Shown one piece after another: positions 12,801 to 23,730 of a stretch of 64,000 nucleotides of DNA; the first letter of the stretch is position 1, and each line of letters opens with the position of its first letter. Both the position numbers and the translations under genes were made by a program. The stretch is from Eledone cirrhosa (lineage: Eukaryota). The DNA lies in NCBI GenBank assembly GCA_964016885.1, contig OZ024742.1, positions 199,702,001-199,766,000 on the forward strand. Reading direction: 5' to 3'. Below the pieces are notes generated by a model. The model was given only the letters and a program-made list of their open reading frames with translations, was not told the DNA's origin and ran no database searches.

Positions 12801-13168
12801 AAACTGCATTCTTTATATTTGTCTCAGAGACAGCTGATCCATCATCCACTGGCCCTCTCTGTGGCTCTAAGCCAGCAGAGTCATAACGACCAGGCTGCTC
12901 CTTGACAGTGTAATTAGGGGCTCTAACCCTAGTGCTGTTAGATCGACTCTCCATATTTCTTTTCAATGGCTGACAATACCTTACCGGCGCCACTCGAATA
13001 AGGTAGTTATTTAACCCATAAATGGAGCCCTAACAGGTACTACCACCCCGGGCCAGGGCAGACCTGGGAGTCATGACAACTAAGGGGTAACTCCACATTC
13101 CCCACATCTCCTGAACTCCCGAACTGGAGCCTTGCCACTGGATGTAGTTTAATGTCATACCCAGGACA
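9856..13168 (-). mobile_element. RTE-clade LINE, full length, near intact
   Basis: single long APE+RT ORF, ~175-nt 5' UTR, short 3' end, (TA)n on both sides; its ends are matched by the derivative at 24644-24773. Confidence 0.93.
10030..12993 (-). CDS. RTE ORF: APE endonuclease + reverse transcriptase (987 aa; premature TGA at 10030-10032, frame continues to ~9860)
   Basis: GTLNVRT, LAIQE, LGDFNA, QIDFIL, SDHRLV; NYRGISL, QNGFR, FIDFRKAFDSV, GVLQGDTLAP, FADD, LLYGSETW, RRLRLAGH; after the stop EPLHGHTRRGRP continues the usual RTE C-terminus. Confidence 0.92.
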   Translation of the reverse strand: MAPVRYCQPLKRNMESRSNSTRVRAPNYTVKEQPGRYDSAGLEPQRGPVDDGSAVSETNIKNAVLSCRRAIKMGTLNVRTIRTLEKREELGHLFEESGIQILAIQEHRILHDEPMRSVMIGRKSQLITTSAVKNTTNAAVGGVGFVFSAKTNLLVREIMPISPRVLRVTFNGNPRLTVISAYSPTEGDSDVNAEEFHEEVYRAVNTTQAHNILLVLGDFNAHLSKEGSEDPCWYFHNNTNRNGRLLRDTLLEANLMATNLRFRKNLGKMWTYISDMHLSKSQIDFILVRKKWRNSVLNTEPYSYFSTLGSDHRLVMSEVRVSLRKSKAQPRRTIYDWGAFKEDDKLQERFTVEVRNRFSALCGESEEREIGWTEESVTRRYGHFTNAVAKASETLVPRKKNKGKHVSSANPKVCAAREHLKAARDQFYADPTEERMETVEVMREELCTAYTEVREEALIEKIRSVERAVDRSGCKESWMIINEITGRKKRCSSQIQGTGPEDRKRKWLDHFRTLLGEPPSTAQSTGEIRRLFEELDVETEPFTREELQRAKKIKEGKAHGEDGVASEVMKRCDFDDIILGFCNGALEKGVAPNQWRISNIVPVPKKGDLSNTNNYRGISLTSLVAKTLNRMILNRIQPEMEKKLRDNQNGFREGRSTTSHILMLRRILEGARAKCLPAVMVFIDFRKAFDSVDRYCLMKILQAYGIPKRIVDLISLLYTNTKAQVITPDGMTEFFEILAGVLQGDTLAPYLFIIVVDYCMRLALEKHQDTGFTVAPAQSRRVGAKNVSDAEFADDIVLVTNTVKEAEDLMREVETVSMSVGLRMNETKTKYLVENVEKPEGITNVGGKPLELVEDFLYLGAKIGNTEDDVVERKSKAWAACHSLRSVWKSDLRRDLKIRLFIAVVESVLLYGSETWTLTKRLTQMVDGCYTRMLRMALNINQYTLRMKNSELYGSIPKVNSKVTQRRLRLAGHAHRHPELTLHSVLL

Positions 13169-13189
13169 TATATATATATACATATATAT

Positions 13190-13590
13190 AAGAACAAAGT
13201 AGAGGTGTTATATATGAGATTTGTTGATTAACCCAGTTACAAATATTTCGCAGGTAGCCGGCTCGTGATCTGGGGTCATCATCCCAGACCAGACTCCAAC
13301 TCTGCCTGATCCTCAGAACAGTGCTAACACAACAAAAATCACTTCAAATCTGAAGACGAACCAGCCAGGAACAAACAAGCCTATAGAATGACCAATCACG
13401 GGCTTGAGGATCAGGTAGACTTGGAGTCTAGTCTGGGATGATGACCCCAGATCACCTACCGGGTGCCTGGGAAACATTTGTAACTGGGTTAAGCAATAAA
13501 TCTCATATGTAACACCTATATGTTCTTATTATATACACTCTGCTCTGCATCGAGTGCTGACCTTGGTACTCTCACCAGTCTTCTCCGGAT
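13190..13590. mobile_element. PLE-like terminal inverted repeat (~125-bp arms) with HHR-like motif having an extended stem II
   Basis: arms ~13190-13314 and ~13405-13530; minus strand CTGAGGA-TCAGGCAG...CTACCTGC-GAAA-TATTTG-TA; stem I imperfect. Confidence 0.55.
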
Positions 13591-13631
13591 TTACTGAACA
13601 GATTTCTTCAGACTTACTGAAACGTTTGCAC

Positions 13632-13694
<63 letters not shown>

Positions 13695-13716
13695 TGTACA
13701 TAAATATATATTTAGG

Positions 13717-13759
<43 letters not shown>

Positions 13760-14247
13760 GGGTGGGGGGAGAAAGGGAGAGAGAGAGAAAGAGAGAGATA
13801 TGTACATAAATATATATTTAGGTATATACATGTGTGTGTGTATGCAAAATCTATGTATGCATATATATATATATTTATATATGTATGTGTGCGCGCGTGT
13901 GTACACATACATGCATAACGATATCTAATACGAAATATCATTGTATTTGTTCTATGTACGAAAGACCCCCCCTCCCCCCTAAATAAAAAACAAGAACAAA
14001 GCAAGGCAAAAACAAACAAAAACAAAACATACAAGAACAAATTTGTCTCACAGATATCTTCTTTCAAAATACTGAGTGGTTGTCTTCTTTAGTTTACAAA
14101 TGAAGACCACCGCCACACCGTCACAGTGCTAATCACTACCGGCCGTCCTAATTTCTAACTATATTACAGGCGAGCCAATATACTCCTCTTGGCACACACA
14201 CAGACACACACATATATATATAAATAAATATTTTGAAATGACTTCTA

Positions 14248-16074
14248 CAGGACTAGAACTGTCTCATTTGAAGGAAATCATCTGGAGAGTCGACTGTCAA
14301 TGTGATATGGTGGCATTTATACATTTTCTGGCGGTAGGGGAAGGTGGCGATTGGGATGGGTGTAGGTCATATCCTCGATTAAGTATTACTGTCGTCGCCG
14401 CGAGCAGCCTCACCTATCCTACTCTGGAGCAGAACCTCTGAGGCAATCACGTGGTTCTAAGAATTGCCTGATAAATGTAATACCCGTTTTCTGCAACTGG
14501 ATACAGAAGATTACTACGCTTCTATCTCAGAGCCTCAACTGAATGATGCACTTGCTTTTGCCAGGAACTTTATCAACATCAATGATGCTGAGAAGGACGT
14601 GATCCTCCACGCCCGTAAGACCTTCTTATACCATGAAGGGCTCTTAATGGATTAATAAGATGTCTGAGGCTCCATTTGACGTCAGTATGGGAGCAAGTTA
14701 CTCCGCAGAAGTTAGCGACCTGATGGATCTGTATATCCTATACCACCTGAAGAATCATTTCACAGGCCTGGCCGGAGGATTATACCGCGACGATGACATT
14801 TTTGGTTTGCACAAGGTAAATCCTAGAACCACTGATGCGTTTCGGAAAAACTTATGCTCTTTCTTCCGTAATCTACGTTTTAGAATAAATATTGAATCAA
14901 ATTTGACTAATGCCAACTTTTTATCTGTCACTTTAGATTTAGATACTTCCCCCTATTACCCGTACCACAAACCTAACAAATCCCTTAGATACATAGATGT
15001 TAGTTCGAACCATATCAAAATATTACCGATAATTTAGTTAAAAGTCTCCCACTTAGAACTTCTGGTCTCTCAACCAACGAAGGCATTTTTAGTGCCTCTT
15101 CCCCTTATTGCAATGAAGCCCTTGCCCGAAGTGGCTTTAAAGAAAAGATTACCCATCTAGAAAACACCCAAGACCAAATAGGACAAATAGGCATAGGCAA
15201 ATTAGTTGGTACAACCATCCCTTCAACCTAGAGGTATCTACATCAATAGCTAGGACTTTCTTCAAATTGCTAAATAAACACTTCCACACACAACATAGGC
15301 ACTATACTATTTTTAATAAAAATACGATAAGAATCACCTACTCCACTACACCTAACTTAGCTAGGAATATACCCAACCTCAACATTGCTAAATTAAATAA
15401 GCCTACTACCTCCAAAACCCACCCTGGTGCAACAGCCACAATAATGAAGCGTGTCCACCCGAAAGCAAGTGCCAGATGAATGACATCGTATATAAATGCG
15501 ATGTCCTCTGAAGCACTGACAACAACAAAACAACATATATTGGAATGACATCCAACAAATTTAAGACCCGGCGGTATGCCCATACCCACTCGTTCAGAAG
15601 ACTGGACAAATCCAACCAAACAACACTCACCGTGCCGCTTATGTCCGGGACTTCAAGAGGAACTCTATCCCCTTCCCGCTCAAATGGATATTACCCCAGA
15701 GCGCGCGCTCATACATAGGAAGACACAAGTGTAGCGACCTTGGTATTTCGGAGAGTTATTTGCCAAGGGTCCTACACTCAATGAACACTGCCCGAACTAC
15801 ATGCACAAAAACTATGCAACGTATAAATCCTACAAATCAGTTCAGCCACCAGAACGATAGTTTCAAAAAACCCCTCACTCAGCAAAATATCCCCTCCTTC
15901 TCTATTCCACCCCACTCCTACCCTCAACCTACGCCCTCTTTCAGTCCGCCTCACAGTATTGAGGTTATGTAAGTACTCTTTACCTACTTGCTTTTTCTAC
16001 TTGTTTAAGCGAACTTGTATGTATGAAACTATGGGTGTATGCTTGTATGCACGTATGCATTTGCGTGTATATAA

Positions 16075-16160
<86 letters not shown>

Positions 16161-16413
16161 TTGTATAAGTGTGTGTGTATATATATAGGAGTGCCTGTAT
16201 TTGTATCATTCTGTATCACTATGTATTTTTCTATTTTTCTCTAAATATAGTTTTTTCAAAGAATCCCCATACTTTAAATCCATAAGCCAATGACCTCCAC
16301 CCATCCCAATCACCACCTTCCCCTACCAACAGAAAATGTATAAATACCACCATAACTCATTGATAGTCGGCTTTCCTTATGATTTCCTTCGAATGAAACA
16401 GTTCTAGTCCTGT
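14248..16413 (+). mobile_element. Penelope-like element, 5'-truncated, with inverted copy of the 3' end at its 5' side
   Basis: RT and GIY-YIG remnants inside; 14248-14370 is the reverse complement of 16291-16413. Confidence 0.85.
14464..15830 (+). pseudogene. Penelope-type RT + GIY-YIG endonuclease remnant
   Basis: LDTEDYYASI, FDVSMGASYSAEVSDL, LYRDDD, FLSVTLDL, YHKPN, WYNHPF, IFNKNTIRITYS, IVYKCDV...TYIGMT; many stops and frameshifts. Confidence 0.85.
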
Positions 16414-16416
16414 TTA

Positions 16417-16548
16417 TTTAAGGTAAAAGACTAATTGTCAGCAATATCTTTTGCATTTGTATTTATATTCTATATCCATACCTGCATTGTTCTGGCCTTC
16501 TAACTCCAAACGTTTATACCTCACTACACAATGCTTCAAGTAAACTAC

Positions 16549-16555
<7 letters not shown>
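16417..16555. repeat. Dispersed ~140-bp repeat (inverted copy at 32291-32433)
   Basis: near-identical reverse-complement match by eye. Confidence 0.75.
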
Positions 16556-16610
<55 letters not shown>

Positions 16611-16659
16611 GTGTGTGTGGGGGGGGGGGGAGGGGAATATATGTGTATATTCATATATA

Positions 16660-17250
16660 CCCGTTAGTGTGTCGGCTAACACGAGAATGACTATTTCAGT
16701 ATCATAATATTTATGCATTTCATACCATTAAAAGAGCACAAATGTGCATACGAAGAGTCGAACCCAGTATCTCTCAACACCATATGAGTGCGTTAACCTC
16801 TGGGTGGTGCAGTCTGCGACTAACCCAGGCTCTGCTGCTCTTCGGGTCGAGGAGAGTACACTCTCCAACCATCGGTCGCTCTCCGACAGGTTTACGGTCG
16901 AACCCGTGGTTGTGGAGACTTCTGGTGTCCCTGGTCCTAGGTCCACCTCCCTGCTCACCACCATCGGCAAGGAGTTGGCTACCCACAGGTGTGAGCCTCG
17001 CGAGCTGGAATGGTTATTCCATCCTCTGGGGAAACGCCTTCTCTATTCTGTCCACGTGGGCCCCCATTTTCTTACAATAGTGAGAGATGGGGGATAGCGG
17101 GAGAGGCGAAGGCAGCGACAGTGGGAGTTTGGTTCTTTTGTGTTCGGACCTGGTGTACATATGTGTATATAAGAGAGATAACCATTTATAAACTAAAGAA
17201 TAAAAATGAGTCCTGTGTTTGATAAATATATAAAAAGTAGTGACTGACAC
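16660..17250 (-). mobile_element. Possible LTR-retrotransposon fragment (LTR plus leader)
   Basis: GC-richer block; minus strand begins TGTCAGTC at ~17249 and has a PBS-like TGGGGGCCCAC at ~17066; no recognisable gag or pol motif. Confidence 0.25.
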
Positions 17251-17445
17251 TTCCTTCCGTCTTTCTAGAGAGCTTTATAGCTTGTAACTAGAATGTAGGC
17301 GATTCTGTCTTTAAGAATAATTTACACAATTTTACCAGCTATTATTTATAGTGATTCTTACTACAGCCGTTTGCTGCGTCTCGGACTTTCAAACACATAC
17401 ACGTATATATATATATATATACATATATATACGTACACACACACA

Positions 17446-17554
<109 letters not shown>

Positions 17555-17604
17555 ATTAAGTCAAATATGTAAAATTTGGCTTCGTTTATTATAAATTAAA
17601 AATT

Positions 17605-17659
17605 ACTGCTATATATATTTCGGTGACAGCCATCATTGGCTGCGACCTCTTCAGGCAAT
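17605..17659 (-). ncRNA. Type I hammerhead ribozyme (minimal, palindromic stem III)
   Basis: ATTGC-CTGAAGA-GGT CGCAGCCA atga TGGCTGT CACC-GAAA-TATATA-TA-GCAGT. Confidence 0.8.
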
Positions 17660-17784
17660 CCGAATTGGTGTGGAAAAGATAGGTACACATGTTGTTTAAG
17701 TGTGTCAATACATCAATATGTCCAGTTCCTGGGTGTGTTGTTATCCCTCCGAGGAACTGGAATCATATGAGCTAATATATATAT

Positions 17785-19560
17785 ATATCAATTGCACAAT
17801 CCTGATGAGATCCTGTGCACACTTCATGTCCACAAAAACCTTGCACCACTCTTTGTCCAATGTGATCCTTTTCAGTGTGGACAGCGATATTCGCGCGTCC
17901 TCTGGAATTTGATCCGTCCATCTCTTGGAAGTTCTACCTTGTGGTCTTTTTCCAGAGAATTCCCTCTTATAAAATGTTTTAACATATCTTTCCTCTCTTC
18001 TCATGATGACATGCCCAAACCAGTTTAACCTTCTTTTCATTAGAGTAAATATGCTTGATTTCACTCCAAGCTTTCTTCTAATATCAGCAATTCTGACTCT
18101 GTCTATCAACCTCTTGCCTTGTTTCTCAAACACTTATTTTCAAAGACAATAACTTCTTGCATGACTTCTTTTCTCAAAGACCAGTTTTCCCAGGCGCAGG
18201 CGTAATTTTCTAATATTTCATCATTTATCAGAGTAGCATAATCTTCTTCCGTCATTACTTTATACTTTATTAAGTTAACCTTCAATCCCCATTTATTGCA
18301 GTTATTTTCTTGTTCTTTAGTAGATATTTTTCAGTTTGGCAAATGCGTATTGTGTCATCTTCGTATATTATATCTGTAGAAAGACTCGTCAAAGCGCAGT
18401 TTTCATTGTAAACTAGCAAGACCATCCATGACAAATTCTAAGAATATGTTGAATAATGTAGGGAATAAAATGCAGCCTTACCTGAAACCTACTTCAACAC
18501 TATAAGAACTGTATTTCCTAACTAAGAACCATACATTCTGTGTTTTCATACACATATTCCAGTATGAACTGACACCAATTGCTTGCAGCATTTTCCATAG
18601 AGCCTTTCGCCAGGCAGTGTCAAAAGCTGACTTAAAATTGATGAAATGAAAATTTAATGGCACGTTATTCCCCTTTGTGTTTTTAATAATTTATCTCATG
18701 ATGAAAATAGCATCAACTAAACGAAAGCCATATTGAATTCTTTCACTCTGATCAACAGCACACGCAAGAATATTTTATATTTTCCATGGGAAATACAATG
18801 GCTCTGTAATTTTCTCTTACCAACTTACCTCTTTTGTGTATAGGGGACGCAATTATTTTTGAGAAATCTCGAGGAGTATTTTTATCCGTCTAAGCAGTAT
18901 TATAAATCTTTAGCAGCATTTTATCAACCATTTTATCACCACCATCTCTTAAAACCTCTAAGATTATTTGTTTAATATCAGGCGCCTTTGTCCTCTTCAC
19001 TTTCTTCATATCATCAACTAATCCATCGCTGTTAATCTCTGGCTCATTCTTCTCTGGTTCCTGGTAAAATATCTAAAGCAAAGTCTTCATCTAGAAATGA
19101 TGTATTCCATAGGTCTAAGAGCTCACGTATCAATATATATATTTATTCCCATGCGAATTCTTAATAACAGACAATGAATATGTGATCTCCTTTTTAAGTT
19201 TGAAACGGTTTTAACCAAATTATGTCTGTCAAGCTTTAAAAAAATTTCCTCTAATTTTCTCTCTTTTTAAATTTCAGTTTTTTCACACCCTTTTACTTTT
19301 ACCAGTTTGTTTAGTTTTCTGTACACCTCAGCATGAGTATTCGATGATGAGTGTTTCAAGAATTCAATCCTTGCCTTTCTTCTCTGTTGGCATAGCTCAA
19401 TAAGCTCTGGGAATGTTCTTCACATTTCTCTATCTTTTCAAGCCAATAACTTCTTTTTAAAACACATTTATCTTAATCTGATTTGAGTGCTAGAAATGGG
19501 TCAAAACGACCACCAATTTTAAATTCCAGTTTCTTTATTTAGTTTTTCAATATCCAACTT
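17785..19560 (-). pseudogene. Degraded RTE-like LINE ORF
   Basis: FINFKSAFDTAWRKALW, RRLNWFGHVIMR, KRPQGRTSKRWTDQI; many disruptions. Confidence 0.75.
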
Positions 19561-19756
19561 TGCTTGGCAGGAGTGATAATTTTCAATAATTTGGATATTA
19601 ATATATCTTTTGCTATATCTTCATGTAATAGACATAGATTTGTGTACAATCTATGACGCTTAACTTCTGGTGGAGTCAGAGTCGTAGGGACGCCGTCTCG
19701 GTTTGAGCCTAGTCGGAGAAGGTGAGAGAAAGAGATATATAGGAAGAATAGAGCCA

Positions 19757-19880
19757 TGTACCAGACTGGTATTTTATTTACCGACTCTGAAAGCACGAAA
19801 GGAAAGATCGATCTTTGCTGGAATTGAACTCAGGGCGCAAAGAACCGGAACGAATACCACAAATCATATTACCTGACCTT
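19757..19880 (-). mobile_element. SINE family A, diverged fragment
   Basis: ACTGGTATTTTATTTTACCGAC...GAATTGAACTCAG. Confidence 0.6.
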
Positions 19881-20151
19881 CTACACCACCTTTTTTTGTT
19901 AGTAAAACACTTTTAAATCCAGCTGTTAGGCTATACAACTGTTATTAGATTCAGCACTGTTATTGATCGATGTTTGAATATTACGGACTTCACGATGGCG
20001 TCCCTACCCAGCAAGAGTTAATGGTTCAAGAGAGATTATACTTGTTCTAAGAAAGGGATGGAGCGGCTGAATGGTTTTATTGTTTCTTTCTCTCGTGAAC
20101 ATGATTTAACCAAAACAGCAGACATTGGCCACATGAGCTAGATTTCAGTTT

Positions 20152-20193
<42 letters not shown>

Positions 20194-20454
20194 CACACAC
20201 ACACACACCACACACACACACGCACACACACACACACACGCACACGCACTCATTAAGGACAGAAGGCCGGACTGTAAACTTTATAATGTTAATTCGGCGA
20301 AGACACTATACATATTATCCGAATATGTTGCAAGACCCAGGCGATTTCATCAGGTGTTAATTGCAAACACAGAATAGAAAATAGAAAACAAAAGACTGAT
20401 TTTGATTCGGGGATGGCCCGCCGATTCTGTATCATGTAACGACAGGTCATCCTC

Positions 20455-20494
<40 letters not shown>

Positions 20495-20500
20495 ACTCAG

Positions 20501-20542
<42 letters not shown>

Positions 20543-20639
20543 GTATGTGTGCGTGTGCGCGCGTGTGTGTGTATGTTTGTGTAAGCATGTGTCTGTGCCT
20601 AGGTGTGTGAGCGCGCATATATATATATACACATACGTA

Positions 20640-20990
20640 CATACATGGTGGCTGCCAACTCGTATTCGAGTACGGCCACTACTTTATATCCATGTAGGAG
20701 AACCCCTACCAAAGCGCTGAACGAGTGTGACTTTTTAGTCCAGCCAGCGACTTGAAAACTCTGGTACAAACACTACACTTGTGACAATTATTGACACATA
20801 GTGCTGGGCCCATGACACCATGTGACACAAGGTGTTGTGTGAGATCACTACTCGACCTGCATACCCTTCCACAAACATTAAATGTCGTCGTCTGATGAAC
20901 GCTTATAGCTCCACAGGTGCCTGCTTCCCTGTTCTTGTGCACTCTCAGGTGACTCTCTAGACCTGCCATGCTCAGACAAACCCTATTACA
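20640..20990 (-). mobile_element. 3' end of an RTE-like element encoding tandem C2H2 zinc fingers
   Basis: CNRVCLSMAGLESHLRVH, VCGRVCRSSSDLTQHLVSH, CSVCTRVFKSLAGLKSHTRS; 3' tail ...GGCAGCCACC(ATGT)n shared with 52150-52780. Confidence 0.7.
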
Positions 20991-21283
20991 TACATACATA
21001 CACACACGTGGATTGGCAGTATCGGTAGAGGGTATTGTCCTGATACACTGATTAGAAACTTTTCATATATTATTTCAATGTAGCGACATGCTGCTTCCCC
21101 ATATGGTTTATAAGGAGTATAATTATATGGTTATATGATATATATTCACCTAACTCCTCTGGGGAAAATATATTCATATGGCAATTCAATGAGACAACAA
21201 CTTGTTCACATATCTGATCTAGCAGTGAATTGGTATGTATGATAATATTTCTATTTTGTCACCTTACTCTTATGAAGATTTCG

Positions 21284-21381
21284 CCCCCTGATGATAAAAC
21301 TTCAATTCTTCCAGTATTAGTTATTTCAATGTCTTGGGATTCCAGCTACTGTATCTTGAGTTTTTGAAACTATGGTTGGAG
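21284..21381 (+). ncRNA. Degenerate hammerhead motif with long stem II loop
   Basis: CCCC-CTGATGA-TAAAACTTCAA...TTGAGTTTTT-GAAA-CTATGG-TT-GGAG. Confidence 0.45.
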
Positions 21382-21552
21382 TATTGTTAAAATTGCCCTT
21401 TTTTTTTTTTAGCCAATTGGACTTGTATCTCCGCTCCGAGTGAGATTTGGGCTTAAATTTAATATATTTTAATACTTCTATGAGTAGATAGTTAGTTTAT
21501 TGATTTATTAATATATTGTCATTTCATTGAGATGCCTACGTATTAGAGACAA

Positions 21553-21726
21553 CTAGCAGAATGACCCGGCGTTGCTCGGGATTTGCTCTAGGGTTCTTAT
21601 ATATTTGATATATATTTATCCTTATCAAGCCTCGTGAAATAAATACGTTTGTTTATATATTGTTATTGTGTATGCCAAAATATCTGTACACGAATATATA
21701 ATCATATATATATATCTATATATATA

Positions 21727-21774
<48 letters not shown>

Positions 21775-22305
21775 AACGAGTCGGACCCCGACGACTGAGC
21801 TCAAGCCGTTTCGACGGCTAATATATATATATATATATATATTAAAATAACAGATTAAAGTTTAAGCAAAGAATCGCTGCTTTCACCCTTATTCTGAAAT
21901 TTAAAAAAATCAATCTGTGAACGTAGAAGTAAATATTTCGAAAAACGTTACACACACTATATATATATACACACACTATATATATAAATACACACACACA
22001 CACACACAGCTACGTCATAATGTCGTAATGCAGACAACCAGGCATACAGACAAATATTATAAGGGCGTAACGTTATATCTATGTATCTATCTAAAAAGAG
22101 AAAGACTGTGTTATAGAGAGAGATCGCTAAATCGCCTAATCCGGTCCCTAGGGCATTGAAATTTGAAATTCTTTTTGCTCAAAACACTCACAGGTCCATA
22201 AGTATTACATGTGTATTACATTTGAAAAAACTCGGTTGGGTGGTCCTCGAGTTTTAGTGATTGGACAGACAGACAAACAGACATTCTCTGTTTTAGTAAT
22301 ATAGA
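21553..22305 (-). mobile_element. Non-autonomous Helitron-like element
   Basis: minus strand starts TCTATATTACT with (CTGT)n near the 5' end and ends CCCGAGCAACGCCGGG hairpin + TCATTCTG-CTAG; interior is a patchwork of other repeats. Confidence 0.6.
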
Positions 22306-23270
22306 CTAGCAGAAAACCACCCGGTGGGCGGTTTTCTGCTAGCAAATCTAGTGTATATACTGATATTGTTGAGATTTGGATGAGAAATGTTTTCGACACC
22401 ACATGTTCACCGTCTCTCGGTGTGTCTTTTATGCATGTATAAATATATAGATTATCTATACGGTGAAATCTTTGAAATAAATATATGTTAAAACGAAAAA
22501 GGAGAAAATAAATAAGTGGCGGTTAGAAAAAAATATTCCTATGAAATTTTAATCATACCATTAGGTGTGAATAAGAAAATATTTTTTTATTGTCAAAACA
22601 AATGTTCAAAAGTTAAACTTCAATTTTTTTAATTATTTCCAATTTTTTCATGAAATTGAACACTGGACATTGGCTGCAGGAAATGGAAATTAAATCGTAT
22701 TTAATTGTATTTAAATTTCTAACCTTATTTTATTATTTATATTTTTTCAATAAGAAATTAAAAAAAACAACAAAAAAAATTGAAGAAAAAAATTGAACAA
22801 ATCAAACGTAGGTTATGGAACTGCGCAATCTGATTAATCAATTACCTCATCAGCAGCAACCTTCTTCAAATGGTCCTTATTATCAGTAGCAACAACCACA
22901 AATTCAATGGCAACCTTCTTCAAACCACAAATTCAATGGCAACCTTCTTCGCATGGTGTCAAGTCAGAACCGCCTCGAACTGGTTACTTCTGGCTTGTGC
23001 AAGGTGTCTCTATAGCAACCAGCGATTCTCTCGGCCTCAGTGACCAAAGTCAGTGGAGAGGGGAAGGTAATGTTTCTATAAAGGAAGGGGAAGGTAATAT
23101 TTCTGTAGCACGTGTTTTAGCGTCTATTCACTCTCTCTCTCTCCATCTCTCCCTCCCGCTATCCCCCTCTCGTAGTCTGTCTCTTTCTTTCACTCTCACT
23201 CTCTCTCTACGCACGTGTTTCCACTGTCGGACAGACAGACAGAGAAATTGGTGGTTATATATATAAGTAG
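22306..23270 (-). mobile_element. Second Helitron-like element abutting the first
   Basis: CTAG-bounded hairpin 22306-22343; (GACA)n + TTATATATAT end at ~23230-23265; internal ~29-nt tandem repeat ~22870-22950. Confidence 0.4.
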
Positions 23271-23345
23271 TTTAACTTTATAGAGTTGTAAATAAACGTA
23301 TCGACAGTTGATCGACAAGATCTCAGACCTCGTCAATTGCTAATA

Positions 23346-23380
<35 letters not shown>

Positions 23381-23389
23381 AGAAAGTTA

Positions 23390-23445
<56 letters not shown>

Positions 23446-23662
23446 CACACACACATTCAGACACACACAAACGCACGCACGCACACACATATGTGTGTGT
23501 GTATATATATATATATATGTATACATATGTGTGTGCGCGTGCGTTTGTGTGTGAATGTGTGTGTGTGTATGCGTGTTTATATGCATATGTAGTATAATCT
23601 GTATATATCTGAATATATATGTATATGAAATAAAGTGTATTAGAGCGAGTTAACTTTGTATG

Positions 23663-23724
<62 letters not shown>

Positions 23725-23730
23725 TATATA

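Noticed and set aside
17802-17830. CTGATGA motifs here and at 3586, 20893, 41613, 46470(-) and 56981
   Set aside because: No correctly placed GAAA or stems; most lie within LINE coding remnants
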